DNA from: Camelus dromedarius
Lineage: Eukaryota
Direction of reading: 5' to 3'
Length of the DNA: 64,000 nt
NCBI RefSeq assembly: GCF_036321535.1
Contig: NC_087438.1
Location: 5,396,001 to 5,460,000, forward strand
The position numbers and the translations under genes are program-made. Positions 39,086 to 51,989 of this stretch are shown here, in pieces. Position 1 is the first letter of the stretch; each line of letters opens with the position of its first letter. The notes under the pieces are model-generated. The model had not been told where the DNA came from. It ran no database searches and was given only the letters and a program-made list of their open reading frames with translations.

Positions 39086-42059
39086 TACACTGGACCAAAG
39101 AATATGATGGCTTGGATTTCTCTAGAAACAGTCCAATTAAAAAAAGGAGAATAAAGAAAAAGAATAAGAGAATAAGTAGATGAAACAGGATTAGAAAATT
39201 GTAGGTTTTATTCCATGTTGAATAAAAGGGCTCATGTGAATTCGTTATACTATTCTTTCTACGCTTGTGTGTGTCCAATGTTTTCTATTATAAAAGTTAC
39301 AGTAGAATTATTAAGAGATACTGTTTTTCTCAAACATTAGAACCCAGAGTATCAGTTCAGGACACCAAGAGTGTGCTGGGGAGATGCGAGGAGTTGGGGA
39401 GGGCGTGTTTGTTTTTTTTCTGAGATGAGATTACAAGTATTTTAATGCAAAATTTCTTATGATGGAGCCAATGGCCAAAGAACATCAGCAGAAAGTTAGG
39501 CATATTGACTACTGAGACAAGCCCACGGGAGGAACCTCACCGAGAGATCGAAAGGGCGAGAAGAGGATTTGGGTGAAAGTGAATGAAGCTGGGTTGGAGA
39601 GACTTGGAGAGTATGCTTGTGTGTAAGAGGGTCAACATGAGACCTGGCCTGAGAAGACGACCCGGGATCCTCAAGGCAGGGAAATGTGAGATGTTGTGTC
39701 CCGAGTTCCCTGACCTGAAACTCTGCATCATTTGGGGAATCGAGGCTGCTTCTATGAGCTATATGCCCCACGAGGCTCAGATGCTGTAGGCACCAGAGGC
39801 GTGTTCCATTCTTCCAAATACGATTTCAAACAGCAGGGAGTTTATAGAACGAGATTTCTCAGCACAATGTACTTGATGCTACTTAGCAGAAGGAGCTGCC
39901 ACAGGTTCAAGATGATGCTGGCCCCAGGAGTCTTTACTGGCGAGTTGGTGGTGCCCCTCCTCCCAGACCAGCCCTGATGGGCTCCCTCACCAGGAGCTGC
40001 AACAGGGTTTAAATGTGACTGTAAGGTGACTCCTGTGCTTGTAACAAGAGTCCGCACGGCTCATCGAGCATTTACTGTTTTCCAGGTACTGGCCAAACAG
40101 CTGATGAGGCAAATCTCATTTGCGATCCTATACATGTTTAGACGCCCAACGGGTCTGGGTATTTTTCCAGTTTGGGGAAATGTCAGCCTTTGGGGGTTAA
40201 CTCACCACTATGGAGCCAAGATCCCCTCCCTGAATTTGTACACAAAGTCTTCCAGTGGGTAGCTTTTTTAGAGGAAACTGACCTTGTTTTTTGTTTTCCC
40301 AGAATTCTATCAAATATGCTCAATTCTGCTCCTTCCTATTCTTCTTTCCATCTAACAAATATTTACCAAGTCTCTGTATGCACCCAGGTGTATGGAGGTT
40401 GACAGGCAGGACCCCAGTCTTCTAAGAACCAGCTGGGATCTCTTCATACCAAGGTACCACCTCCCCTCTCCTGCCTGGTTCAGCCAAAGGGAAGTGCATT
40501 CCTTCTTTAGATCAAGGTAAGGAAAATTGCCTGTTTCGCTCAGGCAGTTCTGCCACTGCACCCTTCCACAGCTCCTGCCCTGCTGTCCCTGCTAACACAA
40601 ACACACACACAGGATCCACTCTCTCCCTCAGGGACCAGGGATCATTCCAGTTCAACGTCTGCAGCCCAATAAATGTCCTAACCTCTGCTGCCCCCTCCTG
40701 GCTGGTCTGAAGACCATCACTGCTGCTCGCAAGGAAAACAACTTTTTTCATCTGTTATTTCCCTTTACTTTACTTTTTTTTTTTCTTCTCTGCTTTTACT
40801 TAAGAAAAATGACATCAAGATTATACCTTATTTAAAAACATTATCAATATAGGATACCAAGGGCTATCATAACTGAATATGTAATTTCAGTAAGAAAATT
40901 CACATCATTTTTGCTTGCATAGATAGACATTAAAATTTAGTGGCAGGAGGATTCCGTTTACAAGGACACATGGCTTTATAATTTTCCAGAACTTGTCAAA
41001 TTTACTCCAGTTGGTGAAATGAGAAGCCTTTTATCTGTTGATTAGCCTAAAGTTGTTTTCATAATATATAACTGCATATTTTCAGGATTGAAATTTGCTT
41101 TAATACACAGTGCCAGTTAGTTCTAGCCTCATTTCCTGTGACGACCTTGTCTGCTTTGTGCTGGGTGCCCTGGCCACAGTGATGCCTGAAATGCTTTCCC
41201 ACCAGTGACCTGCCTTCCTCTGAAATTCAGCTCACAAATCACTGCAAGAAGCCTCCTCTCACACCCCAGGCAGGCCTGAAGTCCAGTGCATCCCAGAGTC
41301 TTGCTCCCGCTTGGGGAGTGCCAGCTGGCTCACTGCTGCTACCACCTGCGCATGTATTGTCTTGCCCCCTCCTCGCTCCTCAAGGTGGGGGCTCCTTTCG
41401 GCTTCCTTCGGGCGCTCTTAACATTCAATGGGTTGGCAGCATTATCAGAGCTCGCTAATAAATGTTTGGTGAAGGAAGGAAGAAGGGAAGGAGGGAAGGA
41501 AGGAAGAGCTAAATGAAACAAAATCTCAGCAGAGGATGTAACTAAAAGTGCAGAGGGAGGAGTATCTGATTCCGATGAGAGCAACCAGGAAAAAAAAGGT
41601 CCTGATGGGTGAGAAGGATTTAGATCAATGGAAAAGCTGGGGGAAGGTTTTAGGCTGTGCCGTCTTTTCATAGCATTTATAACAGACTGCCATCACCTCT
41701 CTGTGTGGCCGTTTAGTTAAGACTCTCTTCTCTTTAAGCTGTGAGCTCGTTGCCTCCCCAGCACATTTAAGGGGCGTTTCACACCCAGTGGCGAGCTGAG
41801 CCATGAGAGAGAGATGGATGGCGCGCTGGACTCGGCACCTCTCCTCTCATTAATTTCCATTTGCTCTCATAGGCTCTCTCTCCTCTGTAATTAGAGCATA
41901 AACTTTACAGAATGATCTTAGCGCTCATCTGGTCTCCATTTCTACTCTGGAAACAGACCCCAAAAGATAACGTGAACTACATAGCACGACGGGGTGAAAT
42001 CCAGACCAGCTAAAAGAAGCTAACATGGGCTGTGTGCTGCTCTGAGGGGGCGGTTACCC

Positions 42060-42370
42060 AAGCGTTCTGTGTTTATTAACTAATTTCTCATTTCAATCCA
42101 TTATAGCAAATTAATGGAACCCAAGGAGGGGGTCATTGGAACCTCCAATCTATAGCCAGTTGGTCAGAACCACGGGTCATGGGACAAGCTGGACTTGTGA
42201 TTGGCATCTGAAAGGGTGATGGCGAGGACAGTCTTGTGGCACTGAGCCCTCAGCCTGTGGGGCCCGATGCTGTCTCCAGGTGGTGCCAGAATTGAGTTCA
42301 ACTGTGGGATGCCCAGCTGGTGTCAGAGCCCCCACACCCCACTCCCTCGGCCAGCACACACACTACAGTT
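42060..42370 (+). mobile_element. MER21-like LTR fragment
   Basis: ggtcagaa...gattggcatctgaa...cagtcttgtgg.actgagccctca.cctgtggg matches the recalled MER21 consensus. Confidence 0.6.
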
Positions 42371-42845
42371 GGGTAAAGAACCCTTTTTATCCCCTGAAAT
42401 GTTAACGTAACGGGACAATGAAGCATCTGCAATGAACCAAAGAATTTAATTAATTCTAAATGTAAAATTTAGAAGTTTCTCCCTCCAATCAAACCTTTCC
42501 CCCAAACCCTGCTTTTTCACATCTTGATACATCTAAAAAAAACAAAACAAAACATAAAAAGCTCCCATATCAATACAAAATGTTTTCTTATTAACTAAAG
42601 GGTTATTTCTGTATAAGTCTACAATTATATATGTTTACATCCAACGTACCAGTCTATTTTTCATTGCTCCTTTTCCTGACCATCTATTACCTCCTCTAAC
42701 AAAATATAAAAGAAAAACATGGGAGATAAAATTTTTCTTACATTTGTTAGAATAGGAAACAAAGGTCTCTCAAGAGTATATTTTCAGTTAGCAGCTACCT
42801 GTCACAAAACACAAGACTTAAAAATAACACTTACATGTTACGTTC

Positions 42846-42851
42846 TTTATT
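42846..42851 (-). terminator. FASTKD3: FASTKD3 poly(A) signal AATAAA
   Basis: TTTATT on the plus strand ~200 nt past the FASTKD3 stop. Confidence 0.65.
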
Positions 42852-43049
42852 GTACTGGATTGATTCTGTTCGATGTGTAAAAGTATCTATGACACTAGTA
42901 TTAAATAAATATTAAAATTAACTTCAAATTTGCCACTGATAAGTGCATACACGGTGCGAGGAAATTAGAGACCCTTCCCAGATCACCAGTCTGTAAACAA
43001 ATGGCTAATTTGCAAGTTCTGTCACTATTTTGAGTTCTGAAGCCAGCAG

Positions 43050-43157
43050 TCATTCTTGATACCAATGTCTGCCAGAGTTTTGAGAAAATAGTTTTCTTTG
43101 TAAGTATTCCACTAATTCAAGTCTTGATTTTAGCATCTCAATCTCATAATAGGGAAT
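43050..43157 (-). CDS. FASTKD3: FAST kinase domain-containing protein 3, last coding exon (end of RAP domain)
   Basis: Acceptor ctctttacag|ATT. Encodes IPYYEIEMLKSRLELVEYLQRKLFSQNSGRHWYQE*. Confidence 0.92.
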   Translation of the reverse strand: MPYYEIEMLKSRLELVEYLQRKLFSQNSGRHWYQE

Positions 43158-44223
43158 CTGTAAAGAGAGGAAAATAAAGTGCATCATGATCCTCTGTAAT
43201 CTGAAAGGTGTGCCCAGTGCCGGGCATGGTGCTGCCGGCTGGCAGGGGCTCCACCTGTCAGTGGGATACCTAAATGAGAATCAGACACGACCTCCGTCCT
43301 CCAGGAGCTTACAAATTAGGTGCCAACCTAAAATATACAATAAATACAAAGAGTAAACAGTAATACAAAGCAGACATGCAAAGAAAATCGGTGCTCTAGT
43401 TTTGAGAGGGAGTCAAATTTTAGATAGGATGAAAGGCCGGCCTGAGCTGGGAGCTGATGAATGACCAGGATTTAGATACTCAGAGCGGTGGGGACCCCTG
43501 GAACGGGGTTGGGGGGGTGGGGTGGGGGGTGACGGTGAAGGAAGAAGAGGAAGAGGAGGGAGGAGACCACTGAGCTTGGAGCGGAGGGCCTGGCTGCGGG
43601 CCCACCTCGGAGGGTCTGGAATGTTGACCCGTGGAGGAGTCTGACTTTCTCCCATAAGCAGTGAGGAAGCAATGAGCGCTTCTGAGCACACTGGCATGAT
43701 TTGTTGGAGGGAAATTAATCTGGGTCTGTGCACGATGGAGTGGAAAGAAGTGACCAGACAGGGGAGCAGAGGGCAGACTGGGGGCGGCTCAGGGAAGGCA
43801 GTCGCTCTGGGTACATTTACTGTGAGTCCTCACTCGAGACCTTGCTAAGCGAGCTACGGTGGAAATACAGAGTCTTACACATCGTGCTGATGAAGAACCT
43901 GGTTGGCCATCTTGTCTATTTTATTCATTAGATCAAAGGGAAATTAAAACAAAATAGATATTCCAATAATTTACTAATTCTTAAAGCAAAGTTAAGCACA
44001 GCTTATACAGAATTTAGGGATGGCTCCCTTTTGGTAAACAAAAGGTTTGAAAATTGTGTATTTCAAAATATAAATCAAGAGACTTAAGCCTAATTAACAG
44101 AGGTGGCATTTAAACTAGACAGAAGACCCAGTCTACGGGGCTGGCATACCACTCAGTACCCTGGAAAAAGCAAATGTGAACTAGAAATGGCTTTTAGGGG
44201 GAAAAAAAAAGGCGGAACCGTAC

Positions 44224-44338
44224 CTGAATGACCTGGTAACCAAGCAGGCGCAGGTGTCTCTGTTTGGTAGCTTCCTTCCCCAGTAAGTGTTTGCTATTCA
44301 AACAAAATCTTTTTGGACCATCAATGCACAGTGCTACC
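44224..44338 (-). CDS. FASTKD3: FASTKD3 coding exon (RAP domain)
   Basis: tttttcag|G ... CAG|gtacgg. 115 nt encoding (R)VALCIDGPKRFCLNSKHLLGKEATKQRHLRLLGYQVIQ. Confidence 0.93.
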
Positions 44339-44676
44339 CTGAAAAACCAAAGAGGAGAGAGAAATTTGATTTTTAAAACAATCCAAAATATGTATATGTT
44401 TTTAGTTGCCAGAGTTTATTTGGGATTTAGCTATTCCTTCATGCCAATTCTGTTTTCAAATGAACCATGACTGTCATCCATTAATGAGGTGAAAAAGTAC
44501 TCAACTGTATTAACACTGAGATTCATAAAACGTTACATGGAATTTCCAAAACTAGTGTGCTGGAGTGTTTTTATTTGCACAATCATGTCTACTTTTTTCA
44601 CTTTCTTAAGAAAACAATCCCTGTTTATTAACCCTGACAAGTCTTGTAACATGTAAACCACAACAGTTTTCTTCAC

Positions 44677-44746
44677 CTTTTATGCACGTCTTCATCGACT
44701 GTAAATGGCACTACAAATCCATCTCCATCTAATTTAATTTCAACAT
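44677..44746 (-). CDS. FASTKD3: FASTKD3 coding exon
   Basis: tctcaccag|AT ... AG|gtgaag. 70 nt encoding (D)VEIKLDGDGFVVPFTVDEDVHK(R); phases match both neighbours. Confidence 0.9.
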
Positions 44747-45852
44747 CTGGTGAGAGAAGAAAGGAAAAGCTCTTCGTGTGATACCCTCACAAACACTCTC
44801 TTCCTTTCCTCCTCGTTTTGATTTCCTCCACACTGCATTTATCAACTGGGCAGAAGGCTGCAAGGCAATGACCACACCAGACAGCGGTGAGAACTTTAAT
44901 CAGAACCATGCCCAACCACGTCAGCCTCAAGCTAAGAAGGGTGCACTGCACTAAAACAAGGAGGGGGCCCTCAAGGCATCTGGGCAGGATGTGAACCCCA
45001 CATACACTTCACTCTCCTTGTAACAACTGGTGGGAGCAGGGAAGAAAATCCTTTGAGTTAAACAAAGTCAGACGCCAGTGCCACCGACAGCTTTCATCAC
45101 TGGAGTGTCGGTGCCCCCAGGGAGCTGAAGCAGCCTGCACCCCGACACATGGGCCCTGAGCACCCACAGGCTCCTGCCTTCTTTCCTTGTAAAGGAGCCC
45201 ATAAAGGAGGGGGGAGACGTGGCCACCTGGAGCCTATGAACCCTGTCTTCTTTGAGCTGTCTCCTACTTAACAATTTTAAAAAACTGCAAAGGCAGAAGG
45301 GCTCTGCCTGCCTAGTGAGCCCAGAACTTCCCGTGATGATGGAAATGCTTATACCTGCTACGGAGCACTTCCGGCGGGCAGCGTGACCGGGGGCCTGCAC
45401 TGTGCATTTTTATAACTGTAAATAATTTAAATTTAAACAGGACTCACAGCGTGGCTACTGTGCAGGGCAGCACCGGCCCGAGCGTGCCAACAGCTGACAG
45501 TCACCGAGCACTTACTGTGCCCCAGCTCCCGTTCTATTTCATTTCGTCCTTAAACAAGTCTTTGGGGCCACTGTCCCACTTGTTCTCACCTTGCAGATGA
45601 GAGCAAGCAAACGAATGCCCAAAAAGGACGCCCGAAGTCCTTCTGCTGCTTTTTGGCCAACACGTGGAACTCAGCCCCACGCTAAGTCCTGGCTCTTCGG
45701 CCCAACTGCCCCCCACCCCCTATTCCAGTTTGCCTTCAGGGAAGGGCCAGCCCCATCCTGTGTTTCCAGACCTTTGATGCTACTGAGCTGCACGTGTTCC
45801 CACAGCCGGCACCGGGCTGAGCTTAGTGAACCACGGACTCCCCACTACTTAC

Positions 45853-46027
45853 CTATCGTGTAACGATAGGGTGTTAACACCTTTGAGGCAAAATACAGTC
45901 TTGCTCCTAAAAGGTCAATCAGTCCAATCATCACAGATTTATAAAGCTGAAAATCCACAGGGGTCTCCAGGGAGGAGCACGGAGTGAGGAATGATTTCAC
46001 TTGGTATTTAAAAAGAAGTTTTGGACC
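45853..46027 (-). CDS. FASTKD3: FASTKD3 coding exon (FAST_2 region)
   Basis: tttttag|GGT ... ATA G|gtaagt. 175 nt encoding GPKLLFKYQVKSFLTPCSSLETPVDFQLYKSVMIGLIDLLGARLYFASKVLTPYRYTI. Confidence 0.93.
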
Positions 46028-46439
46028 CTAAAAATACATGTGCAAACACGAGAAAGAAAAATAAGACACAGTGTCAGAGAATAAAACGAAGGTTGCCTGA
46101 GTATAAAACTCTAATCCGAGGTGGCTCTGCAGGCAGGACACTTCTCCCAGACTTGGACAGGAGTCTTCCTCGAAATGACAATGCCAGATACTCTTGTGAT
46201 GGTTCAAGTCTAACAGTGCAAAATACCTTTGATGTGTTTTAAATATAGTCATTAGTCACTGAGAGAAAGAAAGAGTGAAAGAAAGAAAGAGTGAAAGAAA
46301 GAAAGAAACAAAGACAGCTCAAGGAACATCTTTGGAACTCTGACAATTGTTTTAAGGGACTTGAGAACACCCAACTAAAGTTTTTAATGGTGGAAAATGT
46401 GACAAAGCTGGCATTTCAATTTAGTAAGAAAAGGACAGC

Positions 46440-47400
46440 TGTGGGACATATGGTGCTAGCAACTGGTCACCCATCTGGAAAAGAACTAAGTTAAAAGTTC
46501 TACCACACAATACAGATTATAATCAATTCCGGGTAGACTAAAGATCTAAATATAGTAAGAAAGATAATATTTTTTTAAAATTTGATAAAATGTTTATATT
46601 GCCTTAGGAGTCATAAAATATTCTTAAACCAGAGAGGAAACCCAGCAATCATATAAGATGGATAGATTTGACTACAGAAAACTTAAAGATTTCTGTATGG
46701 CGAAAGGCATCATAAATAATACTAAATTAAAACTAAAATAGTTTGACACCACACACCGGGAGGAAATATGTTCAATACACATAACAGTTAATTGATATGT
46801 TTTACAATGTGTTCTAGGACAAAAAACAAAAGCAAAAATAAAAGACAACCCAAAAGAAATAGAAGTGAAGGTGTAACAAGGCAATTCACTGCAAGTATAG
46901 GAGGACAATAAACACCCAAGAACATGCTCAAGTTCACTGTTGCTCATTAAAATGCAATTCAAGCACATGACATGACATTTCACTGAGTCGAATGACAAAA
47001 ACTAAAGGGACTAATGACACACTGCAGCACAAGTGGGGAGATGTGGTCACCTTCACTCACTGCTGGTGAAATGTGACCTCTACAACCATCAGGGAAAAAG
47101 TCTGTCAGCATCGATCGAAAATCAGTCCAGTAACCCTACACTCAGGAAACTAGTCTTTAGAATAAAAAACCAAAAAGATTCCAGAATGAAAGGATATGTA
47201 AGTGTGTTTATGACAGACAGCATGCTGATCCAAACTGTGAGAAAACGGCTGACAGCCCATCAATGGTGGAACAATAGAATAAAGACCATGAAATACCAGG
47301 CCCTCCTTTAGAGGGATGCATTTGATCTGTGTGTATTACCTTCGAGGACTGTCCATGATACGTTGGGCAGAAAGCAAACTGTAGTGTGAAGAGTCCCATT
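46440..47400 (+). mobile_element. Degenerate old L1M fragments in a FASTKD3 intron
   Basis: A-rich, with L1 ORF2-like motifs (taaagatctaaat, atgctcaa..tcact...aaatgcaa). Confidence 0.5.
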
Positions 47401-48019
47401 CCATGAAAATAAACTACACGGTGTTTGGGAGCTGCTTGTAAATGCGGCTCAGTCGAGTATGGAGGACCAGGCAGGAAGGAGCAAGCCTGGAGATGCCATT
47501 TCTGATCCTAAACAACCTGCCTGATAAAGTCATCAGAATGAATCTTTAGGATAATTTATGCAAAACACAAACTCCACCTAAACTGAATGCTATCGTGTTA
47601 AGAGTGAAAATTCTGGCTTGGTTTAAAAACATACTCAGCAATGGTTCAGGAACTGTTCTGCGCAGAGATCACACTTTTGTACCACAAGCAACAGCCCTGG
47701 GGAAGGCCGAAACCCCTCAGAGCCCTGGGAGTGCACCTAGGAGCACTGGGACCCCTCTCCCCGCGGCACTTGGTAAAACCTTCCAAGAAGACTCACACGG
47801 CAGGAAAAGGCTCTTTCAAGGACAAGATAACAGGAACGGGGTCCACTTATTAGAGACAAAGTTCTCTGCTGGCAACTTACTTCAAGTGAAAGAAAATTCT
47901 ACTTTCTAATGAAGGCACTGAGACAGCTCAAAAGAGACGGAACTTAAAAGATTTGGGGGGGTGGAGCAGAAGAAAAGTGTCCCTGCAGGTTAGTAAAGCA
48001 ACGCAGGTCAAGCTTTTAC

Positions 48020-48105
48020 CTTATAGAAGGGGCACTCTAGAACTGAGGTTAAGAAAAGCTGGGTCAGCTGTGCTAGGCTCAGTCTGTCCAGATAGGGTTC
48101 GTCAC
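48020..48105 (-). CDS. FASTKD3: FASTKD3 coding exon
   Basis: tgtttcag|GT ... AAG|gtaaaa. 86 nt encoding (G)DEPYLDRLSLAQLTQLFLTSVLECPFYK. Confidence 0.92.
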
Positions 48106-48787
48106 CTGAAACAAAGAGCATCGCAGTCAGAGTTAAGCTGGGCTTCGGCACGTGTAGTGAGCGAAGAGAACACCCAGAGTGTACACCGCTCATTCATTCA
48201 CTCCACTAGGGTGCTTTTAAATGGCCTCAGGGAAAGAACTTGTTAGAACTAATTATGCCTTCTTGCTTGCTGTCTCAATGAAATCTCATATGGCTTCCAA
48301 GAACTCAAGCTCTTAACCAGAAAATAGGATTAAAAGTCACAGACGTAATGTTAGTAGAATTAGTGGGGATTTCCTTTACCTATGGAGATCCAGATTTCAA
48401 CATGTTTGGGTGACCCTGAATTAAGATGAACAATATCATCCTCTCAAAAATAAAAAAAAGGGAGTGATACAGTTGCTTTCCCATCAAAGATCCTAACGTG
48501 TTACTGTGACACTGTCGTCGGCATCACCAGATCCCCGAGAGAGGACTCAGTTCTCAGCTAGGGCAGCAGTCTGCGGACCCAAGACCGTCCTCTCTCCATG
48601 CAGGGTTCTAGCATCTTTAAATCTGGGTTTATATTAGCAGCTGCAACTTTAGATCTCATCTTCAGATCATTATGGAAGAAAAAACAAAGGCAAAGCATTG
48701 CTCAATTAAAAAAGGTACATACGTGACTTGAAAAACCACAAGTTCAAACACTAATTTTTCTACTCTCAGAAGTCATGGCCAACTCAC

Positions 48788-50225
48788 CTTGCAGCCGCTG
48801 AAGAAAATGTGGGCTGAATATTTTTGCCATAAAGTTGACTGGATGGCATTCAATAAGTGAACACGAATGGAGAAGTTTCAATAGTGTTTTGGGTGGAAAA
48901 GAACTGAAATGAGTTAACAGTATATTTTCTAGCTTCGTAAACAAAGCAGAGGCATTTGGTGGCAAATAATTGAGTTTTCCAAATGGTTCAATTAACTCAG
49001 AAATTTGGCTGAGTGAGAATTTCTCAGGTTGGCAAACAAAAGCTTCTGCCACCGCATTCAGGATGGGTTTGGAAAGAATCCGTTTGCTGCCGCAGTACCC
49101 CATGACCGTGCTGAGGACCTCGGGATCCAGGGTGAGACACAGTGGGGCGACGTGCTGCTCCAGGGCTCTTGTAAAAAACCTGTCATTGTGCCCAAAGTAG
49201 ATGAAAGCCTCTAAGACTTTTCCCAGCTCTTGGTTGGTGAAGTGTGGGATGTGCCTTACTGCATGTTTACCCAATTTTATAACCAGAGGAAGCGCCTGAG
49301 TTTGATCAAGAACCACCAGGGCAGTGAGCATCTGGCTCATCAAGTTAGGACTCAGGCTGGAAACGACCGACAGAGAAAAGGTATTCATCTTATTTAAAAA
49401 CGCCTGGTGTTCGTGCACTGAGTTGGGACACATCTGCAGTATTCTATAGAAGGTCACAACATCTTCAGGGGTAAAGGCTTCCAAATTTTCACCCTGCAGT
49501 AGACATATAATCCGTTCTACGGCTGAACAATCTGGACCCCGCAGTTTAATCAGACTTTCCCCCAGAATACAAAGACTGTGGACGTCCAGGCCAACGCTTC
49601 CGAGACGATGCTGGCACTCGGCTACCAGTTTCGGCAGCAGGCTGCTTCGGGGGTCCACGTACGACAGAGTCAGGGCTTGCAAAGCAGTCGCCAAAGTGGC
49701 ATTTGACAGATTTGAGGGGTCCTGTTCCAGCTGATCACATACAGCTTGAAAGATGCTGTTCTCCAGTATCTCTTTCGGCAGCCTCTGGGCATCTCCCTTT
49801 TTTTCCACTTCGCAAATCCGTTTGAGGGCTCCTGCTGCCACAGCGTCGGGCAGAGTCTGCAGTGTGCTTAGGAAACTTAACACTTCTTCGGATGAGGTGA
49901 AGTTGTTTAGTCTCCTGTAAGATATCTGTTCATCCTCATTTTTAAGATTTTGTTCAAACCTGTCCCAGTCATGTACTTGAGAGAATGCTGGCTCACCAAC
50001 TGGAGGAAGGTCATTTCCATTTTCCGAGTGGTACTTTTGACAAGGGGCGTGACAGAACCTGACCCTGACAGGCCCAGGTGGCAGTGAACAGAACCATGGA
50101 CATAGATGCTCCTGGACTATCTTGTGAACATGATTCACACGTTGATTTCTCAGAGCAGCCAGAGCTCCATGTATCCGAAAATCAGATAAATGACAGAGGT
50201 TCCTCCGCAAGGTAATTAAAGCCAT
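48788..50225 (-). CDS. FASTKD3: FASTKD3 large first coding exon (mitochondrial presequence, helical repeats, FAST_1)
   Basis: Longest ORF in the track (MALITLRRNLCHLSDFRIHG...FSPHFLQRLQ), donor CAA G|gtgagt. 1438 nt. The six coding exons total 1992 nt, i.e. 663 aa plus stop. Confidence 0.96.
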
Positions 50226-50469
50226 GCCATCAGATTCTCAATTCCTCCTGATTTATACCTACATTAAAGAATTAAAAACATGGTCAAACGTAACAGAACA
50301 TAGCTCACTCAACATAAGCACTTATGAAAGTCAGGATGAGTACCCAAAAGGAGTGCTTCTCAGTAAACACCTCCCACTCGAACCTGTGAATGAAAAATAC
50401 CGCCTGCCACTTCAGTAAACAAAGCACGTTGCAGCCTTCTAGCCATCACATCACAGTCACTCCCAGAGG

Positions 50470-50889
50470 TGAGCCCTGCGAGGAGTCAGGATGGAAACAG
50501 GATGCTCACCATCAAGCCCTCAGCCACTGCAGCCACCCCGAACAGTGCTCCCAGAGGGGAGTCAAGATGGGAGAGCATAGGAGACTGACCCTAGGTAGGT
50601 GAGGTACATATCAAAAGAATGATTTCAGCAAGCCCAGACTCTTGCATCCTCCCAAAGAAAAGCACTAAGTTTCTTAACTTGAGATGGTTTTCAATTAACT
50701 AATCTTTTGATGTTCCAACTACCTGGTTTTTGTTGCAAAAGCTCGTATATATCCTGCTCCTCCCCTACCTCTTTGGAGCAGTCCCTTAGAGCAATCTGAG
50801 AGGGACTGTCTCCCAGGCTTGAAGTCCTGGAAAAGCCCGCCAATAAAACATAACTCAGCTTCTAGGCTGTGCATTTATGTCAGTCGACA
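50470..50889 (+). mobile_element. LTR-like element in FASTKD3 intron 1 (5' boundary uncertain)
   Basis: TATATAT at 50746, AATAAA at 50842, terminal ...GTCGACA at 50889: U3-R-U5 architecture. Confidence 0.55.
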
Positions 50890-51185
50890 CATAAGTACCA
50901 AAGAGCAGAGTCGCTGCATCCAAGAGCTTAGACCCAGGGCTGGACCTGATAATAAAAATCGCTGTCATTTGCTGGGCAATGCTGCACTTCACGAGCATTG
51001 TTAGTTTTCCCAACAACACAACTTCTATGTCATTTTAGAAATGAGGAAATTGAAGCACAAAGATGTCATAGTGTCCAGCTGACACAGCTCATAAGTGGTA
51101 GTTAGGTTTCAAACTCAGGCAGTCCAGATCCCATGTGCTGGTTGATGGAAGGAATTGCGTTTGCTTTAACTTAAAAAAGGCAACC

Positions 51186-51328
51186 GGGGGAGGGTATAGC
51201 TCAGCGGTAGAGTGCGTGCTCAGCAAGTACAAGGGCCTGTGTTCAATCCCCACACCTCCATTAAAAAATTTAAAACAAACTAATTAACTCCCCCTTCCAA
51301 AAAATTAAAACAAATAAGTAAATAAATA
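51186..51328 (+). mobile_element. tRNA-derived SINE (same family)
   Basis: GGGGGAGGGTATAGCTCAGCGGTAGAG ... GTTCAATCCCC, A-rich tail. Confidence 0.85.
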
Positions 51329-51797
51329 AGGTCAAGGGACCATTACTTCAGATAGGTCAAATCAAGGGTAAATGCGCTTAAAGGGCCCCGAGGTGTTGGT
51401 TTCCCCGTAGAGTCAGGATTTGACCAGAACTGAGTAAGAAAGAGGTCTAGTTGGCAAAGGGTAAAAAAGAAATAGAATAAAAATAGTAAAACACTGGTTA
51501 ACGCAGGGGGAAGGTTGTCGGCAGGTCCACACCTGAACACCCGGCCGCGGGACGTGGGGACGAGCGTGCGAGACAGAGGGGCCGGGGCGCCTCGGGGGCC
51601 GCACTCTCCTTGGAAAGGACGCCACAAGCCAGGCGTCCCCAAACCCGGCGCCCCTGGGACCGGAGCTCAAGCACCGGCAGGGCAGGTGCGGCGGCCTACG
51701 AGCCGGGCGAGCCAAGGCAGCGCCGACGCTCAGCGAAGCCTCAGGCCACGCACGCCCGGCCGGGCCAACCGAGCCCACAGCCCGCGTGGACACCTAC

Positions 51798-51870
51798 CGA
51801 ACTCGGCGCGCCAGGGGTCCCAGCAGCCTCACAGGTCCCGGAGCCTCGTGGGCCCCCGTACGCGCGCGCC
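51798..51870 (-). other. FASTKD3: Probable non-coding exon 1 of FASTKD3 (5' end approximate)
   Basis: Minus-strand donor TCG|gtaggt at 51797-51792 within the CpG island. Confidence 0.55.
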
Positions 51871-51989
51871 GCGGTAGGGTGGGGCCGAGCAATCCGCGCA
51901 TGCGCACGAGCTGTGCCCCACGTCCGGCGCGCTGTGATTGGCCCAGCTCCTCTCCCGCGCTTCCTATTGGTTTCGGGAGCCGAGCTCTA

